Virus record (IMG/VR): IMGVR_UViG_3300019871_000002
Location: 1 to 55,529 of that record
Source: a virus
Lineage: Duplodnaviria > Caudoviricetes
Reading direction: 5' to 3' (one strand)
DNA: 55,529 nt
Positions 45,919-54,768 of this stretch are shown here, piece by piece (the stretch's first letter is position 1; every line of letters begins with the position of its first letter). A program made the translations under genes and the position numbers. A model generated the notes under the pieces. That model ran no database searches. It saw only the letters and a list, made by a program, of their open reading frames with translations, and was not told the DNA's origin.

Positions 45919-47160
45919 TTACTTGCGACGCTTGCGCGGCGGGGGAGCTTCGTCCTCCTCCTCTTCCTCTTCCTCCTCCTCGACTACCTTTTTCTTTTTC
46001 TTCGGGGGCGGAGCTTCGTCCTCTTCCTCTTCCTCCTCTTCCTCGACTACCTTTTTCTTTTTCTTGGGCGGAGGCGCTTCTTCTTCCTCCTCCTCTTCCT
46101 CCTCGACCACACGCTTCTTAACCTTCTTGCGCGGGGACGGTTCCTCCTCTTCCTCCTCCTCTTCCTCCTCCTCCTCCTCTTCTTCCTCGACGGGCGCCCG
46201 CTTCTTTTTCTTGGGCGCGGGTTCGTCCTCTTCTTCTTCTTCCTCCTCCTCCTCTACCGGGCGTTTCTTTTTCTTCGGCTTGATCTCCTCGACTTCCTCG
46301 TCCTCCTCTTCCTCCTCGACCGGCGCACGCTTGCGCTTGCGCGGGGTCTCGTCCTCGTCGTCCTCCTCCTCGACTACCTTTTTCTTTTTCTTCTTCGGCT
46401 TGTCGTCATCGTCGAGGTCTTCGTCCTTCTCCTCAGTGGAGCCGGCCAGTTGCTTTTCGATATGCTCCGCCGTGTCGTAGCGGAGCACGTCGGTCAGCGG
46501 GTTCTCCATGAGGAAGGCGAGGATCTCCTCCTGCTCGTCGGGGTCATCGGCCAGCGACGACGCTTCGCGGTCGATGATATATTGGTACTTGGTGCGAAGC
46601 TGCTTGCCGGTCTTCTTGACTGTGATGTCGTAACCGTCGTCAGGATGATCGAGTAGCAGGATTTTGCCGGTGTGCTTCGTGTGCGTGAGCGAGGAGATTT
46701 CGCGGTCTTGGTTCCACGACATGTCCCACACCTGCGGCATCGGCGGGTCGTTCTCGTCGTCGCGATCGATGACATAGACGAGCGTACGCTTCTGCGCCTG
46801 CATCTTCTTCATGTCCTCGTCTTCGCCGGCGTCCTTGAGTGCCTTCGCTTCTTCACACGCGGGGCAACGCTTGCCCAACATCTTGTTGAGGCAGAGGTAG
46901 TTGGAGTTGTCGGCGCCGATGAAACGATGCATCCAGACATCGAGACCGTAATGTTCGAAGTCGTCCCACGTCGGTGGGCACACGCGCAGTCGGCTTTCGC
47001 CGCTCTCGAGTCGCAAGACGTTCGTGCCCTGCTTGAACGGGCTATCGAACCGCCCACCCGATTGATCGATACGCTTCTTGACTTCTTCCGTGGTTCGCGC
47101 ACGGTATTTGAAGCCAGACGTTTTCGCTTTAACCTTCTTCTTACCGACTCTAGTGACCAT
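45919..47160 (-). CDS. gp32-like ssDNA-binding protein with a long charged tail
   Basis: RLRVCPP, H...YLC....CPAC zinc site, D...GYDI.VKKTG...TKY. Confidence 0.78.
   Translation of the reverse strand: MVTRVGKKKVKAKTSGFKYRARTTEEVKKRIDQSGGRFDSPFKQGTNVLRLESGESRLRVCPPTWDDFEHYGLDVWMHRFIGADNSNYLCLNKMLGKRCPACEEAKALKDAGEDEDMKKMQAQKRTLVYVIDRDDENDPPMPQVWDMSWNQDREISSLTHTKHTGKILLLDHPDDGYDITVKKTGKQLRTKYQYIIDREASSLADDPDEQEEILAFLMENPLTDVLRYDTAEHIEKQLAGSTEEKDEDLDDDDKPKKKKKKVVEEEDDEDETPRKRKRAPVEEEEEDEEVEEIKPKKKKRPVEEEEEEEEEDEPAPKKKKRAPVEEEEEEEEEEEEEEEEPSPRKKVKKRVVEEEEEEEEEAPPPKKKKKVVEEEEEEEEDEAPPPKKKKKVVEEEEEEEEEDEAPPPRKRRK
45922..46420 (-). repeat. coding low-complexity repeat, alternating poly-Lys and poly-Glu blocks
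   Basis: About 7 units of P-K(4-7)-xV-E(8-15) in the SSB tail. Confidence 0.9.
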
Positions 47161-47293
47161 TTGGTTCTCCAGTTAGGTCCTTGATGATGGAACGCATGTA
47201 CTCACGTTTACGCTTATAGTGTACGCCTACAGATAACCGCACCACCGTGTACACCACCAGTGCTGCGAATACGATTAGGGCCGCCTGTTGCAT
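47150..47293 (-). CDS. 47-aa membrane protein (MQQAALIVF...)
   Basis: Translated by hand. GAGGAGG SD, N-terminal TM, basic tail. Confidence 0.65.
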   Translation of the reverse strand: MQQAALIVFAALVVYTVVRLSVGVHYKRKREYMRSIIKDLTGEPNGH

Positions 47294-47320
47294 TTCAGTC
47301 GCCTCCTCAATCAAACATAC

Positions 47321-47860
47321 TCACTTGCGTTTGACGCGCTCCGCCTGCATGTTCGCGCGTGCCGACGCGTGAGTGTTTTCTCTGGCTTGTTTAAGACCGC
47401 CTGAGTTGTTGGTGTAATACGACCCGAGGTAGAGCTGGGTCAGGTCTTGCAATGCGTATCGACGCATCGCGAAGGTTTCCTTGAGCGCCTGCAACCGCCC
47501 GATCGTGCGTTCGAAGCCGCGGAGTTTGATCTTCGCTGCCTTGACGCGCGAGTCGTCGGCGACCTCATTCTTGATTTGAGTCTCGGTCGGCTTCTTTTCG
47601 TCGTCGAGATGGTCCTCACGCACTTCCATGTCGACCTGCGCCATCAGCGAGTTCATGTCGTCTTTCGCCTCATCCCTCAGACTGATCTCGAGGGCAAGGC
47701 GGTCTGCGATGTCGGAGTAGTGTTGCGGCTGTTCGACCCACATGTCGTCAAGCGCATCGCGATCGATCAGCTTGGCGTTGCTCATTCGATCGAAAAATTG
47801 CTGCATGTCTTTTGACATCGCAGGAGTCTCGAGCGCGACGATTGGTACTCTCTTACCCAT
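47321..47860 (-). CDS. UvsY-like recombination mediator (putative)
   Basis: Helical protein (IDRDALDDMWVEQP, KPTETQIK) next to SSB and RecA. ATG at 47860. Confidence 0.55.
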   Translation of the reverse strand: MGKRVPIVALETPAMSKDMQQFFDRMSNAKLIDRDALDDMWVEQPQHYSDIADRLALEISLRDEAKDDMNSLMAQVDMEVREDHLDDEKKPTETQIKNEVADDSRVKAAKIKLRGFERTIGRLQALKETFAMRRYALQDLTQLYLGSYYTNNSGGLKQARENTHASARANMQAERVKRK

Positions 47861-47871
47861 TGGTTGTACTC

Positions 47872-48798
47872 CTAGTTCAACACGACTTGGCCGATCGACA
47901 TCAGAAGGGGGGCCATACCTTCCGACGCATTGTATTCTCCTGCGAACGCGGACAGGACTTCCAACGCCGCACCCGCAGAGTCGTTGGTCTTTGCGCCCTT
48001 GATCACGGAGCCGAAGTATCGGGTGACGATGATCCGAATGCCTTCCGGGTTCTCGTCCTCCAATTCCTTGATGATGCCCATTGCCATGGTCCAGCTCCCG
48101 GGCTTCATGAGGAAGCGGCACAGACGCATCACGGGGTCCGAATCCGATGCGACGTGCAATAGCCGCTCCGCTTCCTTCGCCGTTGTGCAGCCCCCTGCTG
48201 TTGCGAGGTTCGACAGGGCTTGACGGGCTGAGCCCCCGGCCTCACGCGCCAGTACTTGCATCACGCCCGGGGTGACCTCGAGTCCCTCGCGCTTAGCCAC
48301 ACGCGCAATCACCTTCTCGAGGTCAGCTTCCTTGAGCGGCTTGATCGCAAACTTCGTGCATCGATTGGCCGCCGTCGCGGGCACCTTCGAAAGGTTCGTG
48401 GTGCAAAAGAACCACAGCACAAATTCGTTAGGCTCTTCCAGAGACTTGAGGAGCACATCCCATGCCTGCTTTGACAGACCGTGGCACTCGTCGACGATCA
48501 CAGCGCGCTTCTCACCACCCCCGATCGGTCGGTACTTCATGGTCTGGCAAAGCTGACGCATTTCGTCCTTGCCCGAATATGTCGCGGCGTCGACCTCGAG
48601 TATGTCCCCGGGCGCACAACCCAACATGCTGGCCGCGATGCGCGCCAGTGTCGTCTTGCCGCAGCCCGTCATGCCGTGGAACATGAACTGCTGACTTGAG
48701 TCCTGTTCGATCACGCGCGTCATGGCCTTGATGGTCTCTGGCTGACCCACGACCTGCGCCACAGCCTTGGGTCTATGCTTGGTAATCAGTGATGACAT
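47872..48798 (-). CDS. clamp loader, DnaX (gamma/tau)-like AAA+ ATPase
   Basis: KHRP...VVGQ, GMTGCGKTT, VDECH.LS, LLKSLEEP, NRC, GSAR.AL. Confidence 0.92.
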   Translation of the reverse strand: MSSLITKHRPKAVAQVVGQPETIKAMTRVIEQDSSQQFMFHGMTGCGKTTLARIAASMLGCAPGDILEVDAATYSGKDEMRQLCQTMKYRPIGGGEKRAVIVDECHGLSKQAWDVLLKSLEEPNEFVLWFFCTTNLSKVPATAANRCTKFAIKPLKEADLEKVIARVAKREGLEVTPGVMQVLAREAGGSARQALSNLATAGGCTTAKEAERLLHVASDSDPVMRLCRFLMKPGSWTMAMGIIKELEDENPEGIRIIVTRYFGSVIKGAKTNDSAGAALEVLSAFAGEYNASEGMAPLLMSIGQVVLN

Positions 48799-48800
48799 GA

Positions 48801-49184
48801 TCAGTCCTTCTTCGGTTCGTCTGTGATAAAAATCTCCTGCAGTTGCATGGAGACGGTGGGGTGTCCGGGTACGTTCGTGTCGAGGACGAGCGACAACACG
48901 ACATCACGCTTCGGGTGCTTGGTCATTTCGCGAATGAACTCGCGTGCGTTGCGTGAGTTGATCATCCACGTTGACACGAACATCCCCGGAAATGTTTCTT
49001 TGACATACAGGGGGTGTGCTCCGCCCTCGCGGTGCTCGAGCTTGTCGCTGCCATCGAACTGCACGGGTCTGATCCGTGTGAACTTCTGCAATACAGCAGG
49101 ACCATGCTCGTCAGCCGGTCGCGCTCTCGTGTCCCATTTGGTCTTGCCGAACTTCTTGAAGATGCTCACGACGCTGCTCTCCAT
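48801..49184 (-). CDS. hypothetical protein
   Basis: 127 aa between the polymerase and clamp loader genes. Confidence 0.6.
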   Translation of the reverse strand: MESSVVSIFKKFGKTKWDTRARPADEHGPAVLQKFTRIRPVQFDGSDKLEHREGGAHPLYVKETFPGMFVSTWMINSRNAREFIREMTKHPKRDVVLSLVLDTNVPGHPTVSMQLQEIFITDEPKKD

Positions 49185-51802
49185 GTGCCTGATAGTTGAC
49201 GGAACTTGCCTTTGGTGCCGACATTCTCGAACGACCCGACCTCCTCAGTCTCGAACCAGTTATCCCCGATCTTCATTTCGACAACCAGCGGCACTGGATT
49301 GATCCAGTCGAAGTGTGGCTTGACCATCTCCGAGATCACGACCTCTGCCCGCTTGTCGACTTCGTCTTTAGGCCAGAGGAAGGTCAGGTCGTCGTGGATC
49401 TCCATCATCGGCTGGTAGAGGTCCGGGTCGCGCTCATTCAGTTCCGACATCGCATTGAGCACGATCAAGGACTCGTCAGACTGAATAGGTGTGTTGATGA
49501 TTTCGTTCCAGCTGATCGGGGCATGACGACGGAAGCCCGAGAGCCCCGTGACATAGCCGTACTTCATGTAGAACGCATTCTGCTTCAGTTGCCACTTCTT
49601 GATCAGGGGGAAGCGGTCAAACAGTTCTTCCTGCATGGCCTCGACAACCTGCACACTGGGCGCGCGTCGACCTGAGTTGCCGAGGTTGGGTGCGATCGAT
49701 TTGGCGCCTGCGCCGAAGAACGAGGGGAATACGAATTGGTTCTTGACGCCACCCCGCACGTCTTTGAAGACCTTCTTGTCCGTAGCTAAGTTCGGCATCG
49801 CCCAGCCCGGGTCTCGCTTCGCCAAATTGCGCACCCAGTCCTGATGGATGTCATAGCCATCAATGAACGCTTTAACGAGTGTTGGATCTCGTGACTCCAT
49901 CGCGACGTTTCGAGCCTGCACACTGGCGTAGTCGAACGCGACGATCTTCATGTTGCGCTTCGCGACGACCCGACGGATGATCTTGTTGGGACCACGAGTC
50001 GGCCAGTTCTGGATGTTCGGGTCTTCCGATGACGTGCGCCACGTGCGCACCTTCGTCGTGCTGACGATCGGGTGAAGCTTCTTGTCGTCAAACATGTGCG
50101 GCGAGCCCGGCGTTATCGGGGCAATGTACGTCGACAGTACCTTGGATGCCTTGCGGTACTTCAAGAGTATTTTGCCGATCGGGTGCTTCAGCTTCTTGAG
50201 GAACGTTTGGTCGGTCCCGTCGCCACCACCCGCAGACTTCGGCATCTTGATGCCCAGCATGTTGAACATCTTGGGCAGGTCTTTGTTGGAGTCGGGGTTC
50301 ATCTCGACTTTGTAACGGGTCTTGTATTCATCCCAGCAGTCAAGCTTCTTTAGCTCTTGCATTGCTTGCGCGACGACCGCGGTGTAGGTTCTAGCGAAGT
50401 CCTTGCGCTCCGTTTGATCGATCGGCACGCCTTCCATCTGGCACAGCACCAGCGTCGGTATGCGGCGCTTCTGGTGCTGGTACACGTCGATCATGTCCAA
50501 CTCCTCGAGCACCGGCCACTGCGCCAGATGGAGATTGCGATGCCACTTCGCATCGCCCCCGTTGTATCGCAGGACCTTGGCAAGGGGTTCGTCATCGAGT
50601 CGTTTGCGATTGACGTCCGAATACTCCTTGATATTGAAACCGAAGTATTGCTGCGTCAGGCACTCGAGGGCGAGCAGACCCTGAGTTTCGTCAATGATGT
50701 ACGCTTCGGAGATCGTGTCTTCCCACTTGCTCCCTCGCAGTACCTCACGCCCGAAGTGAAATGCAGACCACTCCATTTCGAACGCCAGTTGGTGCACGAT
50801 CTTTTTCGGCTTGGGTGCGAGCAGGAACTCCTTGAACATCGCTTCCAGCTTGTCGAGCTCGCCGTGCGTCCACTTCGACTCCCGATGTTCGAACGGCCAT
50901 GCAAGGGTTCGTGTCTTGTGCGAGAGCGCGGCCGACAGCAGGTAGGCGTCATTGTTGTATGGGCGCAGAGCATTGGTCTCGTAGTCCATCCCAACGGTCA
51001 GGGAGTTAGCACACTCGTCCAAAAATTTTGCAATTTTTTTCAGGTCGGTTTGCCCATTGTCACCCATGCATATCTCCACTCCCTCGAAGATTTGTTCGGG
51101 TGTGATGATGCGAGGTGTGCCCGTGTCGCCCATGACATCGCGGCACGCATTGCGCAGCGCTACTCCGAAGGTGTGTTCTTTGTCGTCGATATGACCTTCC
51201 CACCGCCCTGAGTCTTTAACGGCGTCGATGGGGTCAACGAACGGGTAATACCAACAGGTATGTTCTCCCACTCGCACCGGAAGCCGACGTCCTTGCCAGA
51301 ACGAAGGATGAGTTTCGCGCAGTGCCCACCGCAGGGGCACTGATCCAAATCCGAATATGGCAACTGGTTTAGTCTCCTCAATGTCTTTGATGACTGACGG
51401 CCGGCAGCATTCGATCTCCGTCTCATTCGGTTCGCGGGGCATGTGATCGTACACGTTGCCCGACTTCGACTTGATCTCTGTTCCCGGCCCCGGGTACGTT
51501 CGGATGACATTGCCGAACCGCATACGTGAGAACATTTTCGAGGGTACGTACTTCTTCAGGATCGATCGCTCGATGCCTGACCACGATCGTCCGGCCTTGT
51601 CATCACGTTTCGAGGGGGCAGAGCCCAGCACGTAGACGAGGGCAGAGTCGTCGCCGTGCGGTTTCATTTTACCATGAGTGCAGTCCGCATGATTTAGCGG
51701 GCACGACTTGCACTCAGTGCGATGAAGCAGTTCGACGGAGGGCTTGTTACGGCCCCCCGTTGAACGCTTCGGAGCGTCAGGTTGCAGTCCGAAGAAACCC
51801 AT
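49166..51802 (-). CDS. polA: family A DNA polymerase with N-terminal UDG-like and 3'-5' exonuclease domains
   Basis: DYET exonuclease motif, RTSSEDPNIQN, motif A DYASVQAR, motif B KNQFVFPSFFG, motif C IHDD. True start is likely 51802 (MGFF). Confidence 0.92.
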   Translation of the reverse strand: MGFFGLQPDAPKRSTGGRNKPSVELLHRTECKSCPLNHADCTHGKMKPHGDDSALVYVLGSAPSKRDDKAGRSWSGIERSILKKYVPSKMFSRMRFGNVIRTYPGPGTEIKSKSGNVYDHMPREPNETEIECCRPSVIKDIEETKPVAIFGFGSVPLRWALRETHPSFWQGRRLPVRVGEHTCWYYPFVDPIDAVKDSGRWEGHIDDKEHTFGVALRNACRDVMGDTGTPRIITPEQIFEGVEICMGDNGQTDLKKIAKFLDECANSLTVGMDYETNALRPYNNDAYLLSAALSHKTRTLAWPFEHRESKWTHGELDKLEAMFKEFLLAPKPKKIVHQLAFEMEWSAFHFGREVLRGSKWEDTISEAYIIDETQGLLALECLTQQYFGFNIKEYSDVNRKRLDDEPLAKVLRYNGGDAKWHRNLHLAQWPVLEELDMIDVYQHQKRRIPTLVLCQMEGVPIDQTERKDFARTYTAVVAQAMQELKKLDCWDEYKTRYKVEMNPDSNKDLPKMFNMLGIKMPKSAGGGDGTDQTFLKKLKHPIGKILLKYRKASKVLSTYIAPITPGSPHMFDDKKLHPIVSTTKVRTWRTSSEDPNIQNWPTRGPNKIIRRVVAKRNMKIVAFDYASVQARNVAMESRDPTLVKAFIDGYDIHQDWVRNLAKRDPGWAMPNLATDKKVFKDVRGGVKNQFVFPSFFGAGAKSIAPNLGNSGRRAPSVQVVEAMQEELFDRFPLIKKWQLKQNAFYMKYGYVTGLSGFRRHAPISWNEIINTPIQSDESLIVLNAMSELNERDPDLYQPMMEIHDDLTFLWPKDEVDKRAEVVISEMVKPHFDWINPVPLVVEMKIGDNWFETEEVGSFENVGTKGKFRQLSGTWRAAS

Positions 51803-51804
51803 GA

Positions 51805-52878
51805 TCAGTTGCCCGTCGCTGACACCAGATAGACTAAGTCGTCTTTTTCTTTCGCATCGTTGATCATGGCGACGCAGTCCTTGCTGATCACGAAGCGATT
51901 GAAGTCGTCGAGTCCGTCCATGATACGACGCGGGTCGATGTATGCCGTGACATCGGGCTGCGCGTCGCCGACCTGCGTCATGTCGAACGCCTCCCCGCGC
52001 TCCGACACGCTTGTCATTGAGACCCTCTTCTCCTTGATCACGACCTTTGTCTTGGTCTTGTCGATCGCGCCTTCGGTGATGATGCACGCGCGTTCAAGCA
52101 TCGGTCGCAGCTTCTCCGGGATCGGCACGGCCTTCTGCCTGTGACTCGAGGTCATCAGCTCCTTGACCTGCGATACGAAGTCAAGGGGATTGTCGAGCTG
52201 TTCGAGACGGCCGAACAACGTCACACCCTCGTGACGCAGCACCGCGTGGTTGTCCGTGATCTCAAGGTTGAGTTCGCTCGCGCCCTTCGCAATGCGCACC
52301 AGCTGTTTGCAGAAGTCGGTCTTGAGGATCACACGTTCGAACTCGAGGGAGCCCTGATACTTGACGGACCCGTGACTGATCGTCGCGCGATCGGTGCTGA
52401 ACATCAGCAGTCGCTTCGCCTTTTCGTCATTGATCAGCGTGACCCCCAACAGGTCGGGGTTCGACGTGTCATTGCCGATCGATCGCAGGCACATCTCCAT
52501 CGACTGCATGAAGCGCGCGGCGTCGACGGGCATCGGTTCAGCGTTAGTGGCCTTGGGCATCTTGAAGATGAAGTCCGCAGGGGCCATCATCGCGAACTTG
52601 AACTTTGACGACGCGGCTTTGATATTCAGCATCAGGTCCGACGGTGTGAACTCGATGTCCTCAGCCTTGCTGGTGTTGAGGATCGAGAGCAGGGTGATGG
52701 GCACCGCCCCGCTGAACTCCGTTTCACACCCGACCGATATACCAATGTGGTCGTTGTATGCGAGGAGTCTCTTGCCCGTGAACCAGAAGTGATTGAGCAC
52801 GGGTATCAGTGTGTTCTTCGCGACCGCAGGCTCGACCTCCTGCAGCAGATCAATTATCTTGGCTCGCTTCATCAACAT
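51805..52878 (-). CDS. DNA polymerase III beta-like sliding clamp
   Basis: About 357 aa, N-terminal IPVLNH, STDR. Adjacent to the polymerase and clamp loader. Confidence 0.82.
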   Translation of the reverse strand: MLMKRAKIIDLLQEVEPAVAKNTLIPVLNHFWFTGKRLLAYNDHIGISVGCETEFSGAVPITLLSILNTSKAEDIEFTPSDLMLNIKAASSKFKFAMMAPADFIFKMPKATNAEPMPVDAARFMQSMEMCLRSIGNDTSNPDLLGVTLINDEKAKRLLMFSTDRATISHGSVKYQGSLEFERVILKTDFCKQLVRIAKGASELNLEITDNHAVLRHEGVTLFGRLEQLDNPLDFVSQVKELMTSSHRQKAVPIPEKLRPMLERACIITEGAIDKTKTKVVIKEKRVSMTSVSERGEAFDMTQVGDAQPDVTAYIDPRRIMDGLDDFNRFVISKDCVAMINDAKEKDDLVYLVSATGN

Positions 52879-54061
52879 TGTTTCGTTCCATTCTTGCTAA
52901 GAGTTGCATCCGTCGGTTGGATTGATAGTGCTCGGACTTCCAGTTCTTCGCCTCCACACGTTTCGGCTTGTAGTTGGGATTGTCAGTGCCGTGGATGATG
53001 TAAGACTTCATCATCTTGTCGAGCTTGTCGCGGTTCTTTTCGAACAGCGGCAGCAAATCGAAATAGGACACGAGTCGGTGCACGCCCCCGGCCTCGGTCA
53101 GGATCTTGGAGAAGCCGCGATTGGCAACCATCGTCGCGAACATCACGGCCATGTGGCTGTGCATTGGGGGAGCTGCCACCTTGTCGACCCATGCTTTGCC
53201 GACTTCAACAGGAGTTCGATGCGTGAAAGCTTTGCGCCCCTGCGACTCGCAAAACTCGTTGAAGTATTTCACGTTCGCAATGCGGCGCGCGCCCGAGACG
53301 TTCGTGACCTGCTCGAGGGTTAGACCCCATCGTTCGATATTGCCCAAGACCCACTCGCGTTCAGTCGGGCCAAGCATGTCGTACTGACGACGCGCAGACG
53401 ACCACGATATCTGCTCGCGCCCCGACATGATCACGCGCATTGGCAACGTAGCATAGTTCGCAGTCTTGTTCGATCGCATGGCAGGCACATAGATCATGCC
53501 GAAGCCCGCAGCAAGCGACCACGTCGTGGAGTCGCAAGTGTACCACGGGTAGCGCAGCATGAACTGCACCTTCGTGATCCCGAAGCCGTGGGTCTTGACG
53601 AGCGGGTGCCCTTTGCTGTCTGACAAGATCGAAAACATCTGGTCGAGCCACGTCTCATGATAGTCCGATAGATCGCCCGGCATGTCCTTGGCCGTCGCAA
53701 GTCCGATGTAGGAGTCACCGTCCTTGAGGTAGCGCTCAAGGAATTTGAACGACTCCCCTTGGTGAAAGATCGGGATCGGCTTGAGGCCGGCGTCCTTCAT
53801 AACCTGATGATTGCGATAGCCGACCTCCGCCGACTTCGTGACATCGCTTGGTACTCGTGCGACCTGAGGGCGCCCGGGGATTTGGTCCATCGTCGCGTAG
53901 CAGAACAGGTCTTGCTCGTAGCGCTTGAGGAACGCGATGTAGGTCTTTAGGTCGAGCGTAAGGTTGCGAGACCACGCCCCGAACACTCCTGAGTCCATGA
54001 ACAGTTTGACCCGGGGCTTGCCCGGGTCTTGAACTGTTGTGATGCGCTCGCGCTTAGCCAA
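52850..54061 (-). CDS. dpdA: DpdA-like DNA transglycosylase (TGT fold)
   Basis: FMDSGVF, MDQIP, PIFHQGE, HGFG, CDSTTW. Adjacent to folE and queC. Confidence 0.82.
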   Translation of the reverse strand: MAKRERITTVQDPGKPRVKLFMDSGVFGAWSRNLTLDLKTYIAFLKRYEQDLFCYATMDQIPGRPQVARVPSDVTKSAEVGYRNHQVMKDAGLKPIPIFHQGESFKFLERYLKDGDSYIGLATAKDMPGDLSDYHETWLDQMFSILSDSKGHPLVKTHGFGITKVQFMLRYPWYTCDSTTWSLAAGFGMIYVPAMRSNKTANYATLPMRVIMSGREQISWSSARRQYDMLGPTEREWVLGNIERWGLTLEQVTNVSGARRIANVKYFNEFCESQGRKAFTHRTPVEVGKAWVDKVAAPPMHSHMAVMFATMVANRGFSKILTEAGGVHRLVSYFDLLPLFEKNRDKLDKMMKSYIIHGTDNPNYKPKRVEAKNWKSEHYQSNRRMQLLARMERNNVDEASQDN

Positions 54062-54734
54062 GATGCACCCCCGTCTGCAGGCCGATCAATCGATGGAACT
54101 CCGACTTGACGTCCGAAGCCTTTCGGAACAGGCCTCGCACGGCTGAGGTCGTCGTGATGGTGCCCGGCTTTTGCACACCACGCGACTCGACGCACATGTG
54201 GCGCGCTTGCATCACAACACCCACACCCTTGGCCTTGACGACCTTGTGTAGCGTGTCGGCGACTTGCGTCGTGATGCGCTCTTGCACTGTAAGGCGTCGC
54301 GCGAACGCATCAACGAGTCGCGGTATTTTCGACAGGCCGACGACGCCACGCTCACCCGGCATGTAGGCGACATGCGCGACTCCGAAGAACGGAGCGAGGT
54401 GATGCTCGCAGTGAGAATAGAACGGGATGTTGCCAACGAACACCATCTCGTCATACTTTTCCGACCCGTCCTTGAAGCACTTGAGGAGCTTGGTCGTATC
54501 AACGTGATAACCAGAGCACCATTCTTCCCACGCCTTCGCCATGCGCTCAGGAGTTTCATGTAGCCCCTCGCGGTCGGGGTCCGGATCGATCTGCATCAAC
54601 AGGTTGCGAAACGATTGCGTCACCGTGTGATCAACAATCGGGCCACGGGGGCCTTTGGCGTGGGGTTTTATTCCCTCACGCATTCGCGCGGCCCCCTGTT
54701 CGCGCGTCATGGCTTTACGATCACGTTTCGACAT
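54054..54734 (-). CDS. folE: GTP cyclohydrolase I
   Basis: REGLHETPER, SHCEHHLAPF, GLSKIPR, RRLTVQER, HMCVESRGV. ATG at 54734. Confidence 0.96.
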   Translation of the reverse strand: MSKRDRKAMTREQGAARMREGIKPHAKGPRGPIVDHTVTQSFRNLLMQIDPDPDREGLHETPERMAKAWEEWCSGYHVDTTKLLKCFKDGSEKYDEMVFVGNIPFYSHCEHHLAPFFGVAHVAYMPGERGVVGLSKIPRLVDAFARRLTVQERITTQVADTLHKVVKAKGVGVVMQARHMCVESRGVQKPGTITTTSAVRGLFRKASDVKSEFHRLIGLQTGVHLG

Positions 54735-54768
54735 AGGCGTCCTTTCGATTAGAGCGGTAAGGGGAGAT

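Noticed and set aside
45922-46080. PPPKKKKKV and PRKRRK resemble a eukaryotic nuclear localisation signal
   Set aside because: All context indicates a bacterial host, and the similarity follows from low-complexity composition.
45859-46656. Plus-strand Leu/Phe-rich and poly-Ser ORFs
   Set aside because: They are antisense shadows of the poly-Glu/Lys SSB tail.
51803-52087. N-terminal extension of PolA in the ORF track
   Set aside because: It overlaps the clamp gene out of frame. The ATG at 51802 just after the clamp stop is more plausible.
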